Shown piece after piece: positions 1 to 10,349 of a DNA stretch of 64,000 nt (positions are counted from its first letter, which is position 1; the number at the start of each line of letters is the position of its first letter). The position numbers were made by a program, and so were the translations under genes. Origin of the DNA: an uncultured Phycisphaerales bacterium. Lineage in GTDB: Bacteria; Planctomycetota; Phycisphaerae; Tepidisphaerales; Tepidisphaeraceae. The stretch lies in assembly GCA_963758525.1 (NCBI GenBank), contig CAVWVQ010000003.1, positions 3,136,001 through 3,200,000 of the forward strand, given 5' to 3'. The notes below the pieces were generated by a model. The model was not told the DNA's origin. It worked only from the letters and a program-made list of their open reading frames with translations, and made no database searches.

Positions 1-2056
1 CAAACTTTCCGTTGTAAGGCTTGCATAATCCGAGTTCAATCGGCCCGCTGGCGACCGGATCGACGTTATAGAGATTAACCGGCGTAAAAACTTTCGGCCC
101 AGGGGGCACCGGCGCCAATGCCCCATTCACAGTCAGTTGCACGATCCCGAAGTCGTAGCTTTTGGTGGCATAAAGCGTGAGCTTCCGGGGGCGATTGTCA
201 CCGACGGGGATTTCCAACTCGATAAAGTCGCCGATTTTCTTCGCGCGGACAAGCAGTTGCTTGCCGCCGCTCCACCGGCCGCTCTTCAATCCGCCGGACT
301 GCACTTCTGTCTGGACGCCTGCGGATTTTCTGATGATCGTCATCTTCTCGCATTCGATCGCTCCGGGGATCGACGCCGCTGCGGGGTCGGCGGGCGTCTC
401 TTTGATTGGCGGGGTGGTCTCTTCGGGTTGCGGCACGCGATTATGCTTCGCGCCGGCCCGCGCGTACCAGAATACGCCGACGGCATAATCCACCTGTGTA
501 TCAGCCCAGTTCCAGATCTCCATGTCGTGCTTCAAACTTTTCGTGAACGGAATGCCATCCAGCAACCGCAGGCGGGAGTCTGTCGTATAGCCGCGCCAAC
601 TGTCGCGGGTGCGAACGTCACGCATGGGTGTCGAGATAAACGGCGAATTGAAGAATGTCGCCATGCCCCATGCGTACCCGAAATAATCTTCCGTGCCGGT
701 CCCGATGTGCGACGCCACCTTCTCGCCGTCGATGTATATCCGCTCGTCTCCTTCGCCATACCAGGGGGATACTGGTGTAAACACGGTCAGTGTGTCGCCA
801 ACGTAAACGCCCTGGCCGTCCACCTGAATATAGTTCCAGTCCGACATCGGGCGCGTGTTGATGCCATGCTGCGAATGCCAGTTCGCGTGGAAATACAGCG
901 AGCGGTCGTCCCATTGAAAGGAGCTGGTCGCAGCTGCGATCTTCAACACCAGCGGCTTGCTTCCGGTGTTCCTGAGAGCGAGCCGGGCGGAACGCTGATA
1001 GGGCATTGTCCATCGCGCATTCATCGCTCCGTCGGCAGATACCGTGCGCTGCCAATCGACCACCGGATGGAGCCGCGCGCCCACGCCGAAAAATTCACCG
1101 ACGGGACACCAGATCGTCTGCTCATCATCGAACGTTCCTTCCAGAACCGCGGATCGAAGCACTTGCGGCGCATCTTTCGGATCTACCCACACCGACAGAT
1201 TTCGCACGGCGTTATTACCGCCGGGCAGATCGAGCTTGATCTCCGCCCCAGGGGCGACCGTTGTCGGCTTGTCGGTAGTTGGTTCAGGTATCGCGGGAGC
1301 CGCCAGCAGAACTTTGCTGACTTCGTCCAGCGCCGGCTGCGCCGCTTTCAGATCGTCCATGCTGAACGTCCGCACGATCGTGCCAGCCTCATAGATGCGG
1401 TAGTTGATCCCGTAATAAAAAGGAACCGAATCCAGCGTAATTTTGCATCCTTTGGCGAATGGGATCGGCAGATATAGATCCGCGCCGACGCCGCGCTGGG
1501 CCTTGTAGTCCGGCTTCAATTGATCTGCCAGGTCAAGATCGTTCCACGAGACGAAGGCAAAGGGGGGCCGGACGAACGCCTTGCCGCTGAGCAGATCGTT
1601 GAAGTTGGCGGTGATCGCGGGGGCAGCAGCGCCGTCGAAATAAAAGCGGACTACCTGCTGGTCCTTTGCTTCCCGCAACGGCGTCCAGAAACGTGTGATC
1701 GCGCCCGGACCGGTGTCATCCATGACCACCCATTCATGTCGGCCCTGGTTTTCCTCAGTTCGAATGAACTTTTCGTGATCGTCGTTGGTGTGCCAGGTGG
1801 CGGCATTCGCGGGGTTGGTCTTGCGACGATCGTAGCTGCTCGCTTGGCGCAGGCTGTACGCCGGGGCGGGCCACTGCGCCATCGCATCGCGATCGATCAT
1901 CTCCTTCAGCAACGACTGCGTTGTCACCGCCTCAGCAGTCCCACCAGCCGAGATGCCCGATGCGCCTGCCAACGTCAGCAGACCGACCACGCCAAAAACA
2001 GGAACCAGACGAATCGCAGGCCTGCGGCGCGCTCGCCCCGAAGATGAATGTTGCAT
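1..2056 (-). CDS. Glycoside hydrolase family 172 (DUF2961) secreted protein; 3' end runs off the window
   Basis: Manual minus-strand translation from ATG 2056: signal-like MQHSSSGRARRRPAIRLVPVFGVVGLLTLAGA, then QASSYDR..., GPGAITRFW and WYGEGDERIYIDGEKVASHIGTGTEDYFGYAWG (DUF2961 signature). Absent from ORF track because no stop lies in the window. Confidence 0.85.
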   Translation of the reverse strand, partial: MQHSSSGRARRRPAIRLVPVFGVVGLLTLAGASGISAGGTAEAVTTQSLLKEMIDRDAMAQWPAPAYSLRQASSYDRRKTNPANAATWHTNDDHEKFIRTEENQGRHEWVVMDDTGPGAITRFWTPLREAKDQQVVRFYFDGAAAPAITANFNDLLSGKAFVRPPFAFVSWNDLDLADQLKPDYKAQRGVGADLYLPIPFAKGCKITLDSVPFYYGINYRIYEAGTIVRTFSMDDLKAAQPALDEVSKVLLAAPAIPEPTTDKPTTVAPGAEIKLDLPGGNNAVRNLSVWVDPKDAPQVLRSAVLEGTFDDEQTIWCPVGEFFGVGARLHPVVDWQRTVSADGAMNARWTMPYQRSARLALRNTGSKPLVLKIAAATSSFQWDDRSLYFHANWHSQHGINTRPMSDWNYIQVDGQGVYVGDTLTVFTPVSPWYGEGDERIYIDGEKVASHIGTGTEDYFGYAWGMATFFNSPFISTPMRDVRTRDSWRGYTTDSRLRLLDGIPFTKSLKHDMEIWNWADTQVDYAVGVFWYARAGAKHNRVPQPEETTPPIKETPADPAAASIPGAIECEKMTIIRKSAGVQTEVQSGGLKSGRWSGGKQLLVRAKKIGDFIELEIPVGDNRPRKLTLYATKSYDFGIVQLTVNGALAPVPPGPKVFTPVNLYNVDPVASGPIELGLCKPYNGKF

Positions 2057-2246
2057 GTCTGAAGTATGGCTCCTCTGCCAGGATTGTTGAAGTGGTGGGA
2101 TGGTAACAACAAGCCAAATCCCGATGCGTCGTGTCTTTCATCGAACCCTTGAGCATTTGGTTTGGGCCACGCCTCCCGATGCTTCGGCGTTGCGACCCTG
2201 TTATGATCGCGGATGATCCCGATCACATGGGAGTACTTCTCTTCGC

Positions 2247-3788
2247 GTGAACCAACAACCGGCAAGCATTTCTGCGACCCCCCCGACGGCTGCGCCGATG
2301 CCGCTCGTCATCGCCCGCAATATCGAAAAGCATTTTGACGGCGTCTATGCCCTGCGCGGAGCGAGCCTGGAAATTCTTCCCGGCGAAGTCCATGTGCTCA
2401 TGGGAGAAAACGGCGCCGGCAAAAGCACGCTTGCGAAGGTGCTGGCGGGGGTCGTAAAGCCCGATGACGGCCAGATCGTCTTCCGCGGAGAGCGGGTTCA
2501 ATTTCGAAATCCGCTGGAGGCGCAGCGGCTTGGAGTCGGCATTGTTTTTCAGGAACTGGATCTGTTCCCCAACCTCAGCATCGCGGAAAATGTCATTATC
2601 GGGAATGCCAACGTCGAACGGGGCGCGTTTGTGAGCTTCAGCGCGATGGAAGAATTCTGCCGGCCGTTTCTAAAGCAGGTCGGCTTGGCGCTGCCGCCGG
2701 CGACGAGGGTGGTCGAGCTTTCCGTCGGGCAGATGCAACTGGTCGCCATTGCCCGCGCTCTGAGCATGGACGCGCAGCTGATCTTCATGGACGAGCCCAC
2801 GAGCGCGCTGGGAGACGAAGATGTCGAGCGCCTCTTTGGGTTGATTCGAAACCTCACGAGCCGAGGCGTGTCGATCGTGTACGTGTCGCACAAAATGCAG
2901 GAGATATTTCAAATTGCGGACCGCATCACCGTGATGCGCGACGGTTGCCATATTGCCACCCGAGCGGTTTCGGAAACGAACGTGGGGGAAATCATCACGA
3001 TGATGGTCGGCCGCGAACTGGCCGATGCGCAGCCGCGCCAGAGTCGGCAGACCGACACCCGGCTGATGTCAGTCCAAAATCTGACCACGTCGCACCTCAA
3101 GGGCGTGTCATTTGAATTGTTTGCCGGCGAAGTGCTCGGACTTGCGGGGCTGGTTGGCGCAGGCCGAAGCGAAGTGGGCGCGGCGTTGTTCGGGCTCGAT
3201 CGAATCACCGGCGGCGCGATTGAGCTTCTCGGCGAGCCCTATCGGCCGACCGGCGTGCGCGACGCGATTCGTCGCGGGCTTGGACTCTTGCCGGAGGACC
3301 GCAAGGGCCAGGGCCTGATGATGCAGATGAGCGTGGAGGAGAACTGCACAATGTCGGTGCTGCCGCGTCTGTCATCCGGCGGATTCGTCAACAGCTCTCA
3401 GGAACGCCGCGGAGCGCGGGAAGTGTTGGAACGCACTCGTATCAAGACCGCGTCGTACGATGCGCCCGTGAGCTCGCTCAGCGGCGGGAATCAGCAGAAG
3501 GTGCTTCTGGGCCGCTGGCTGCAGGTCGATCCGGCAGTAATATTCCTTGATGACCCGACGCGCGGAATCGACGTTCGCGCCAAGCGCGACATTTATGCAA
3601 TTATCGCGGAATTGGCCGGCCGTGGAAAAGGAGTTCTGCTGGTCAGCTCCGAGCTTCCGGAGCTGCTGTTCAATTGTGATCGAATCCTGGTGCTGCACGA
3701 TGGCTTCCTCACCGGCATCGTCAACGCGCGAACAACAACACAGGAAGAGGTCATGGCTCTGGCGACCCATACAAACCGCATGGCATAA
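2247..3788 (+). CDS. Monosaccharide ABC transporter ATP-binding protein (RbsA-like, two ABC domains)
   Basis: GENGAGKST Walker A, FMDEPTSAL, LSGGNQQKVLLGRW, LDDPTRGID; start could be GTG 2247 or ATG 2298. Confidence 0.93.
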   Translation: MNQQPASISATPPTAAPMPLVIARNIEKHFDGVYALRGASLEILPGEVHVLMGENGAGKSTLAKVLAGVVKPDDGQIVFRGERVQFRNPLEAQRLGVGIVFQELDLFPNLSIAENVIIGNANVERGAFVSFSAMEEFCRPFLKQVGLALPPATRVVELSVGQMQLVAIARALSMDAQLIFMDEPTSALGDEDVERLFGLIRNLTSRGVSIVYVSHKMQEIFQIADRITVMRDGCHIATRAVSETNVGEIITMMVGRELADAQPRQSRQTDTRLMSVQNLTTSHLKGVSFELFAGEVLGLAGLVGAGRSEVGAALFGLDRITGGAIELLGEPYRPTGVRDAIRRGLGLLPEDRKGQGLMMQMSVEENCTMSVLPRLSSGGFVNSSQERRGAREVLERTRIKTASYDAPVSSLSGGNQQKVLLGRWLQVDPAVIFLDDPTRGIDVRAKRDIYAIIAELAGRGKGVLLVSSELPELLFNCDRILVLHDGFLTGIVNARTTTQEEVMALATHTNRMA

Positions 3789-3814
3789 ACAGCCTTTCGC
3801 GCTCAGATGCTTTA

Positions 3815-3977
3815 GAGGCGGTTTCAGAACCTGTTTAGCCGCGCCGCGCAGCGAAGCGCGTCCAAGAGCGCGTATTGACAGATTGCGTCAAACCGGCGGA
3901 AAACGCCGTTGGACGCGCTTCGCTGCGCGGCGCGGCTAAGCAGGTGACGGAACGCCTTCGGGTTCTGAAACGGGCTC
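3815..3977. mobile_element. MITE with IS5-family (IS1031-group-like) ends enclosing a REPIN
   Basis: Terminal IRs GAGGCGGTTTCAGAACC (3815-3831) / GGTTCTGAAACGGGCTC (3961-3977), 2 mismatches, flanked on both sides by TTA; internal 31-bp perfect IR 3835-3865/3909-3939. Confidence 0.6.
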
Positions 3978-4051
3978 TTAGCCGTTGCCCGATGGGCGGC
4001 ATCGCTGCAGCACTTCGGCTCAGTCGCCTCATGTTCGTCAGGAATAGCAAC

Positions 4052-5107
4052 ATGACCGAAACCCCAATCGCAACGCCGCCACAAACGCCGCTCCCGATCG
4101 CTTCTCGCCAAGCGGCAGGGCGTTCTCCGCTTGCGAGTCTGCTCGCCAAGTTTCGCAGATTCCAGAGCGTCGTCGGACTAATCGCCATCACTCTGGTCGC
4201 GATCCTGGTCAGCCCGCACGATCGCCATGGGACAATCATCTTTCTGGAGCCGGGGAATCTGACTGACATCGTCCGGCAGGTCTCGGAGATCGGGGTGATC
4301 GCGCTGGCAATGACGTTTGTCATCCTCACGGCAGGCATCGATTTGTCCGTCGGCAGTACGCTGGCAATCGGCGCTTCGATCACCGCGATCATGCTCACGC
4401 GCGTGTCGATTCCCGGCGGATATGTGCTGCACATCGCCGTCGCGATCGGGACTGCGCTGGCTGCCGCGGGAGCTGCGGGATTGCTCAACGGAATCGTGAT
4501 ATCCCGCCTCGCGATTCAGCCGTTCATTGTCACGCTCGCGACGATGATGGGACTGCGCGGCCTCGCCCGCTGGCTCACCAGCAACACGAATATCGACTTC
4601 GGCTTCGGAAATGATGTCTCGGCAATCTTTGCCGACGCGCTCTCGCAAAAGGGCGTGGTCATCGGGACTTTCGTCGTGCTGGCCATCGTGTTTGCAGTGC
4701 TTTTGAAGCGGACAGTCTTCGGCCGCTACGTCCGAGCCATCGGCGACAATGAAAAGGCGGCGATCTATGCCGGCATTCCGATCGTTCGCACCAAGGTCTG
4801 GGTCTACTTCATCAGCGGTTTGATGTGCGGCCTGGCGGGCGTTCTCCACGCCGCCCAGGTGCGGCAGGGAAATCCCAATGATGGCGTCGCCTACGAGCTT
4901 GACGCAATTGCCGCCGTGGTCATCGGCGGCACCAGCCTCGCGGGCGGCCGCGGCACCATCACCGGCACCATTGTCGGTACGCTGATCATGGGGATTCTGA
5001 CCAACATCCTGCAACTGAAGCAGATCGACAACAATGTTCAGCTCATGGTGAAGGCCGTGATCATCGTCCTGGCAGTCTGGGCGCAGTCACGCAAACAACC
5101 GGTATAG
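4052..5107 (+). CDS. Monosaccharide ABC transporter permease (RbsC-like)
   Basis: TFVILTAGIDLSVGS, QPFIVTLATM, FGRYVRAIGDN, YELDAIAAVVIGGTSLAGGRG; ATG 4052 chosen downstream of the repeat element. Confidence 0.93.
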   Translation: MTETPIATPPQTPLPIASRQAAGRSPLASLLAKFRRFQSVVGLIAITLVAILVSPHDRHGTIIFLEPGNLTDIVRQVSEIGVIALAMTFVILTAGIDLSVGSTLAIGASITAIMLTRVSIPGGYVLHIAVAIGTALAAAGAAGLLNGIVISRLAIQPFIVTLATMMGLRGLARWLTSNTNIDFGFGNDVSAIFADALSQKGVVIGTFVVLAIVFAVLLKRTVFGRYVRAIGDNEKAAIYAGIPIVRTKVWVYFISGLMCGLAGVLHAAQVRQGNPNDGVAYELDAIAAVVIGGTSLAGGRGTITGTIVGTLIMGILTNILQLKQIDNNVQLMVKAVIIVLAVWAQSRKQPV

Positions 5108-5165
5108 GAGGCGTTGTTCCAACACCTTGAGTAATCCGGAAGACGCTGCGACGAGCGTTTTAATT

Positions 5166-5187
5166 GTGGTGCGGGCTTCCAGCCTGC
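5166..5187 (+). repeat. Solo REP-like palindrome (GTGG..GGCTTCCAGCC family)
   Basis: gtggtgcgggcttccagcctgc; related copy gtggcatgggcttccagcccatg at 41657-41679. Confidence 0.55.
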
Positions 5188-5211
5188 CATTGAACTCAGG
5201 AATCAAACAAG

Positions 5212-8200
5212 ATGAATGACTCAGCGAATCCGAAGTGCAACGACGAGGCGTGCGGATGCCGCATGCCGCGCCGCGATTTCCTGCAACTCACTGGGCTCGG
5301 CGCGGTAGCGCTGCTGGCACGCAACATGCCCGCGATGGCCGGGCCGTTTGAATCCGCGGACTTCGACCACGTGGTGCCGGCTGACAAAAAACTGTCTCCG
5401 GAGTGGATCAAATCGCTGTTCGACCGCGGCGACGCCAAGAATTCACCGCGGAGCCGAGCTCAGATTCATCGGAATGCCCGCGGGCGGCATCACCACGGGC
5501 CAACTCTATCTCGGCGGCGACGGAAAACTCTGGCACTGGGACATCTTCAATCACATCGCTCCGACCGGTGCCGATCATTACGCGCATCCCATGGATCCGC
5601 AATCGCCATTGCAACAGGGCTTTTCCCTGACGATTTTGTCTCCGCAACCGCAGCCCCCTCGAACGCTCGACGCCAAGGGATTTTCCGACGTTTCGTTCAT
5701 GGGACAGTACCCGATCGGCACCGTCGAGTATCGCGATCAGAACTGCCCGCTGGCCGTGACTCTCGAAGCGTTCTCGCCGTTCATCCCGCTCAACGTCGAC
5801 GATTCGAGCATTCCCGCAACCGTCCTCCGCTTCACGCTGAAGAATGCCGGCAACAACGCCGTCGAGGCGGAACTCGACGGCCATCTGGAGAATGCGGTTG
5901 CGATCGAAAGTAGCATCGGCCGAGCAGGCGCTCGCAAAAACAGTGTCAGCCGCGACGGCCAACGCATCTTGCTGCTGCACTGCTCCGCAGAAGCTGCGCC
6001 GGCCTCCGCGCCCCACGCGCAGCCGCGCGACGCGATTGTTTATGAAGACTTCGAAGGTGCGGACTTCGGCAAGTGGATCGTGGAGGGCGAAGCCTTCGGC
6101 AAAGCCCCCGCGCAGGGCGCTCCTGCTCCCGAGCAACTGCTCCGCGGTTTCCTTGGCAAAGGCCTGGCCAACTCCTGGCCCAAGTCGGATCAGCCACAGG
6201 GAAAACTCACTTCGCCCTCATTTACGATCGAGCGGGATTTCATCAACTTTCTGATCGGCGGCGGTAGTCATCCCGGCAAAACCTGCATCAATCTTCTGGT
6301 GGATGGCCGCGCCGTCCGGACGGAAACGGGCAACAACTCCGACGAAATGAAATGGGCGTCATGGAGCGTGCGCGAGTTGCTGGGCAAAGCCGCCCGGATT
6401 GAGATCGTCGATCGCGCCAGCGGCGGCTGGGGTCATATCGAAATCGATCAGATCGAGTTCGCGGATGTCCCGCGCAAAGAAAGGGTTGGGCTGACCAAAG
6501 CCGCGGACTTCGGAACGATGGCGCTGGCGCTGCTCGAACCCGCGGACGCCGATCGCGGGCTGACGTCGGTATCAATTGCTAATGGCACGATGACCGAGGA
6601 GCAGGGTGATTCCAAGCCCTTCGGAGAGATGCTCATCGGCGCATTAGTGCGAAAAATTTCACTCCAGCCCGGCGAGTCAGCCAGCGCCACCTTTGTGCTT
6701 GCGTGGAATTTTCCGAATCTGGAACTGCGCGGAATCAAAGCGAAGGTCGGACGTCATTACGCCACGCGATTCAAAACCGCCGCAGACGTGGCGGGGTACG
6801 TTGCAGACAATTTCAAGCGCCTTTTCTCGCAAACGCGACTGTGGCGCGACACCTGGTACGACTCAACCCTTCCACATTGGTTTCTCGACCGTACGCATCT
6901 GAACGTCTCCACCCTCGCCACTTCGACCGCGTATCGGTTCACCGACGGCCGCTTCTATGGCTGGGAAGGCGTGGGATGTTGCGAGGGCACCTGCACGCAC
7001 GTCTGGCATTACGAGCATGCGATGGGCCGTCTCTTCCCTGAGTTGGATGTACTCCTTCGGGAGCGCGCCGATTTCAATCCCGAGATTGGCATGAATCCCG
7101 ACGGCATGATCGACCATCGCGGGGAGTTCCACGTCGGTCAAGCCGTCGATGGGCAGGCTGGGATTATTCTCCGCGCCTATCGCGATCACCAGATGTCGAT
7201 CGACGGCGCGTTTCTGAAGCGCAATTACGCGTCGATCAAAAAGGCAATGGGCTGGCTCATCGCCCAGGACTCGCTGGACGGCAGCGATGACGGCATTCTG
7301 CAAGGCGCGCAGCACAACACGCTCGACGCCGAGTGGTACGGGCCGGTGGCGTGGCTCAGCGGTTTATATCTCGCGAGCCTGCGTGCCGCTCAGGAGATGG
7401 CGCGCGAAATGGGCGACAGCGACTTCGCCGCCGAATGCGGCCGGATCTTCGCGATCGGCCAGAAGAAATTCGTCGACATGCTTTTTAACGGCGAATATTT
7501 CATCAACAAGCCCGATCCAAAGCATCAGGGAACCATTAATTCGGGCACGGGATGTGAGATCGACCAGGTCTTCGGGCAGAGCTGGGCCTTTCAGGTCGGC
7601 CTCGGGCGCGTTCTGCCCGAGGCCCAGACCCGATCCGCACTGCAATCGTTGTGGAAGTACAACTTCTGCCCGGACGTCGGCGCCTATCGCCGGATCAACA
7701 AGCCCGGGCGGTGGTACGCCATGCAGGGTGAGGCGGGTCTGCTGATGTGTACGTTTCCTCGTGCCGACTGGGGCTACGAGAAAGCCAAGGGTCGCGCTCC
7801 GGAGTGGGCCGCGGGGTATTTTAACGAATGCATGAACGGCTTTGAACATCAGGTCGCCGGCCACATGATCTGGGAAGGAATGGTGCAGCAGGGATTGTCG
7901 ATCGAGCGTGCGCTGCACGACCGCTACGACGCGTCCCGCCGCAATCCATGGAACGAGGTCGAGTGCGGCGATCACTATGCCCGCTCCATGGCCAGCTACG
8001 GCGTCTTCACCGCCGCGTGCGGCTACGAATATCATGGTCCCGCCGGCTATGTCGCCTTCGCTCCCAGACTCACTCCGGAAAACTTCAGGGCCGCGTTCAC
8101 GTCCGCCCAGGGATGGGGCACATTTTCTCAACAATCCGACGGTTTAACGCATCACGCACAGATCGAAATCAAATCCGGCCATCTGCAAATAGCCGCCCTG

Positions 8201-8407
8201 GGACTGACCATGGCAGCTCAGTTTCAGCCAACGAACGTCTCGGCGTCCATCGACGGCAAAGCCGTGGCGGTGAAGCTCCAAATCAAAGACGGGCAAGCGA
8301 AGATCATCTTCGACGCCCCAGCGATAATCGAAACCAATCAGCGACTGGAAGTGAAGCTGTCAGGGATTCCTACGGCTGATAGAAACTCGCCGCGTTGTCA
8401 GGCGTAA
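5212..8407 (+). CDS. GH116-family glycoside hydrolase with Tat signal and an inserted beta-sandwich-like domain; apparent frameshift near 5437
   Basis: N-terminus MPRRDFLQLTGLGAVALLA (twin-arginine) in the 5212 frame joins IGMPAGGITTGQLYLGGDGKLWHWDIFN in the 5348 frame; GWEGVGCCEGTCTHVWHY, HNTLD, NPWNEVECGDHYARSMASY typical of GH116. Confidence 0.85.
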
Positions 8408-9335
8408 TCGGCGAGGAGTCCATGGTGTACTCCTTCTCCGGCTTAAAGCTCGGATCGCGCATGATCTTGTTCCCGATCTCCACGGCTTTATCTACGCACA
8501 GCGGATAGACAAACGTGGCGGCGAGAACGCCGTCCATCACTTTTTTGATTCCGCCCGCTTCCCCGTTCAAACCATCGACGCCGACGAAAAACATCTCCTT
8601 TTCACGGCCCTTCTCTTTGGCGGCAAGATAAGCGCCAATCGCCATCGGATCGTTATGGCCGTAGACACAGTCGATCTCCGGCTGAACGGCCAGCACCTCG
8701 GTCATCCGATCCTTGGCATTGCTTTGCAGCCAGTTGGCAATCGGATCGGCGATGATCTTGATGTCGGGATACTTTGCGAAGACTTCGTCAGCGCCAGCCT
8801 GGCGATTCTGCTCCCCTTCGACGCCTTTGAGGCCGCTGATCTCAACGACGTTCCCTTTCGCAGCGCCGTTGCTTTCCGTCAGCTTCTTCACGATAAACTC
8901 GCCGGCCATCTTTCCGATCGCGTGATTGTCGCAACGAATATAAGTTGTGTAGTTCGGCTCGGCGATATCGCGCTCCAGGCAGATCACCGGAATCCCGGCG
9001 TCCATTGCTTTTTTCATGATCTGGGTGAGCGGCGCTCGTTCGTTGGGAGCGACGATCAACAGATCCGGCTTCTGGCGGATCGCGGTTTCGATTTGCGAGA
9101 TCTGCTTCGAATTGTCCTGCTGCGCGTCGGTGATCTCCAGGTCCACGTCCCCGGAAGCGGCAAACTGCGTCTGCAGGGTCTGATTCTGCGCCGAACGATA
9201 CGGCTCGGCATTGTTGCACTGGCTGAACATCACCAGATACTTTTTCGCCGCCGCCGGCGTCGGAACGTTCGAGCTGGCCGTCTCCGAACGCTTGTCACAA
9301 CCCGCCGCTAAAATCACAACGCTGATGACCGGCAC
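8370..9335 (-). CDS. Sugar ABC transporter substrate-binding lipoprotein (RbsB-like)
   Basis: Lipobox LAAGC; SQCNNAEPYR, DAQQDNSKQ, YGHNDPMAIGAY, GVDG. True start may be ATG 9361 if one T is missing in the T5 run near 9347-9351. Confidence 0.9.
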   Translation of the reverse strand: MPVISVVILAAGCDKRSETASSNVPTPAAAKKYLVMFSQCNNAEPYRSAQNQTLQTQFAASGDVDLEITDAQQDNSKQISQIETAIRQKPDLLIVAPNERAPLTQIMKKAMDAGIPVICLERDIAEPNYTTYIRCDNHAIGKMAGEFIVKKLTESNGAAKGNVVEISGLKGVEGEQNRQAGADEVFAKYPDIKIIADPIANWLQSNAKDRMTEVLAVQPEIDCVYGHNDPMAIGAYLAAKEKGREKEMFFVGVDGLNGEAGGIKKVMDGVLAATFVYPLCVDKAVEIGNKIMRDPSFKPEKEYTMDSSPITPDNAASFYQP

Positions 9336-9534
9336 GATTGTTGCGCAAAAACACTCCGCATGATTGATGCCCTCATTGGTAGCCGCCTGATCCGCCTTTT
9401 TTTGATGACACCTGCCGTGAGTCGATAGTAGCGGTTTAATTGCTAAATACAGGAGGTTGCGGTCCGCTCGAATTGAAGGGGCTGGATACTATTCCGACTT
9501 GGGGGGCTTGCGTTCCGCTTTGCTCTAACTTCAA

Positions 9535-9608
9535 TGGGCGATACAGGGCTCGAACCTGTGACCCCCAGCGTGTCATGCTGGTGCGCTAGCCAACTGCGCC
9601 AATCGCCC
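9535..9608 (-). tRNA. tRNA-Val (anticodon GAC), CCA not encoded
   Basis: Reverse complement GGGCGAT TGGCGCAGTTGGCTAGCGCA CCAGC AT-GAC-AC GCTGG GGGTC ACAGGTTCGAGCCCTGT ATCGCCC A folds as a cloverleaf with TTCGA T-loop. Confidence 0.96.
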
Positions 9609-9816
9609 GTGTCATCTTGATGGTATCTCCACTGGGCGCTATGAGCAAGCCAGTCGATGGTTTTGGCTGACAGAACCTCTGAATCTCCGCCCGGCCTGAA
9701 GCGCCTTGCGCCCGTTCGGATCGTTGTCGAAAAGCCGTCGACGGGACATACTTTCGCGACGACAAGCGGGCGGGAATGCCGCTATAATGAGCGGCACAAG
9801 GCAAGAAAGGTCGCCC

Positions 9817-10095
9817 ATGCAACACGTCCAGCTTACTGATGCGCTGTATAAGGAGGCCGAACGCCGCGCCCGCAAGGCTGGGTTTCACAGCGTCGATGAG
9901 TTCGTTGCCGACCGGCTCGAAACCGATTTCTCCGATGCCAAGGAGGATTTTGACGACCGGTTTACGCCGCAAGTCGTCGCCCGTCTTGACCGGATATCTG
10001 CTGATATGAAAGCGGGCAAGAGCGTCTCGCCGGAAGAAGTCAATCAACATCTTGCGGACGTTCGTGAAGCATGGCTAAAAAATCACGCAAGCTGA
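9817..10095 (+). CDS. Putative antitoxin (RHH-like N-terminus, acidic C-terminus)
   Basis: 92 aa MQHVQLTDALYKEAERRARKAGFHSVDEFVAD...; SD AAAGG and TATAAT at 9783-9788 upstream; overlaps start of a RelE/ParE-like remnant. Confidence 0.65.
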   Translation: MQHVQLTDALYKEAERRARKAGFHSVDEFVADRLETDFSDAKEDFDDRFTPQVVARLDRISADMKAGKSVSPEEVNQHLADVREAWLKNHAS

Positions 10096-10349
10096 TATAG
10101 CGACGCCCACGCCGACGACTTTGTAAACTTTCTCCAAAGGAAAACGAGTGCGCTGGAAACGGAATTCGGCAAAGGCCGGGTCGTTCCCGCTCGACCTAAC
10201 ACCGCCACATCACTCTAAAAAAACGTGCTCGTGGCCACGGCTATGTCGTTGTTTACCAAATTTTGCCGACCGAGGTCTATGTGTTCTGCTACTTTCACAC
10301 CGCACAGGACTGGCTCGGGCAACTGGGCGCAATGCTGCCTCTGGAATGA
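10071..10349 (+). pseudogene. Decayed RelE/ParE-family toxin
   Basis: MAKKSRKLI* then, across frames, DAHADDFVNFLQRKTSALETEFGKGRVVPARP and RHITLKKRARGHGYVVVYQILPTEVYVFCYFHTAQDW...* (ParE-like Y-x-V-Y...V...H-x-x-Q/R-D C-terminus). Confidence 0.65.

Noticed and set aside
137..2047. Long plus-strand ORFs 137-1477 and 1520-2047
   Set aside because: Antisense shadows of the minus-strand GH172 gene; no recognisable motifs
3875..4051. N-terminal extension of the ABC permease in the ORF track
   Set aside because: Reads through the REPIN/MITE; the protein more plausibly starts at ATG 4052
5154..9442. Shared 13-mer AGCG(T/G)TTTAATTG at 5154-5166 and 9430-9442 upstream of two sugar genes
   Set aside because: Could be an operator but is not palindromic, has only two instances and no regulator gene nearby; insufficient support
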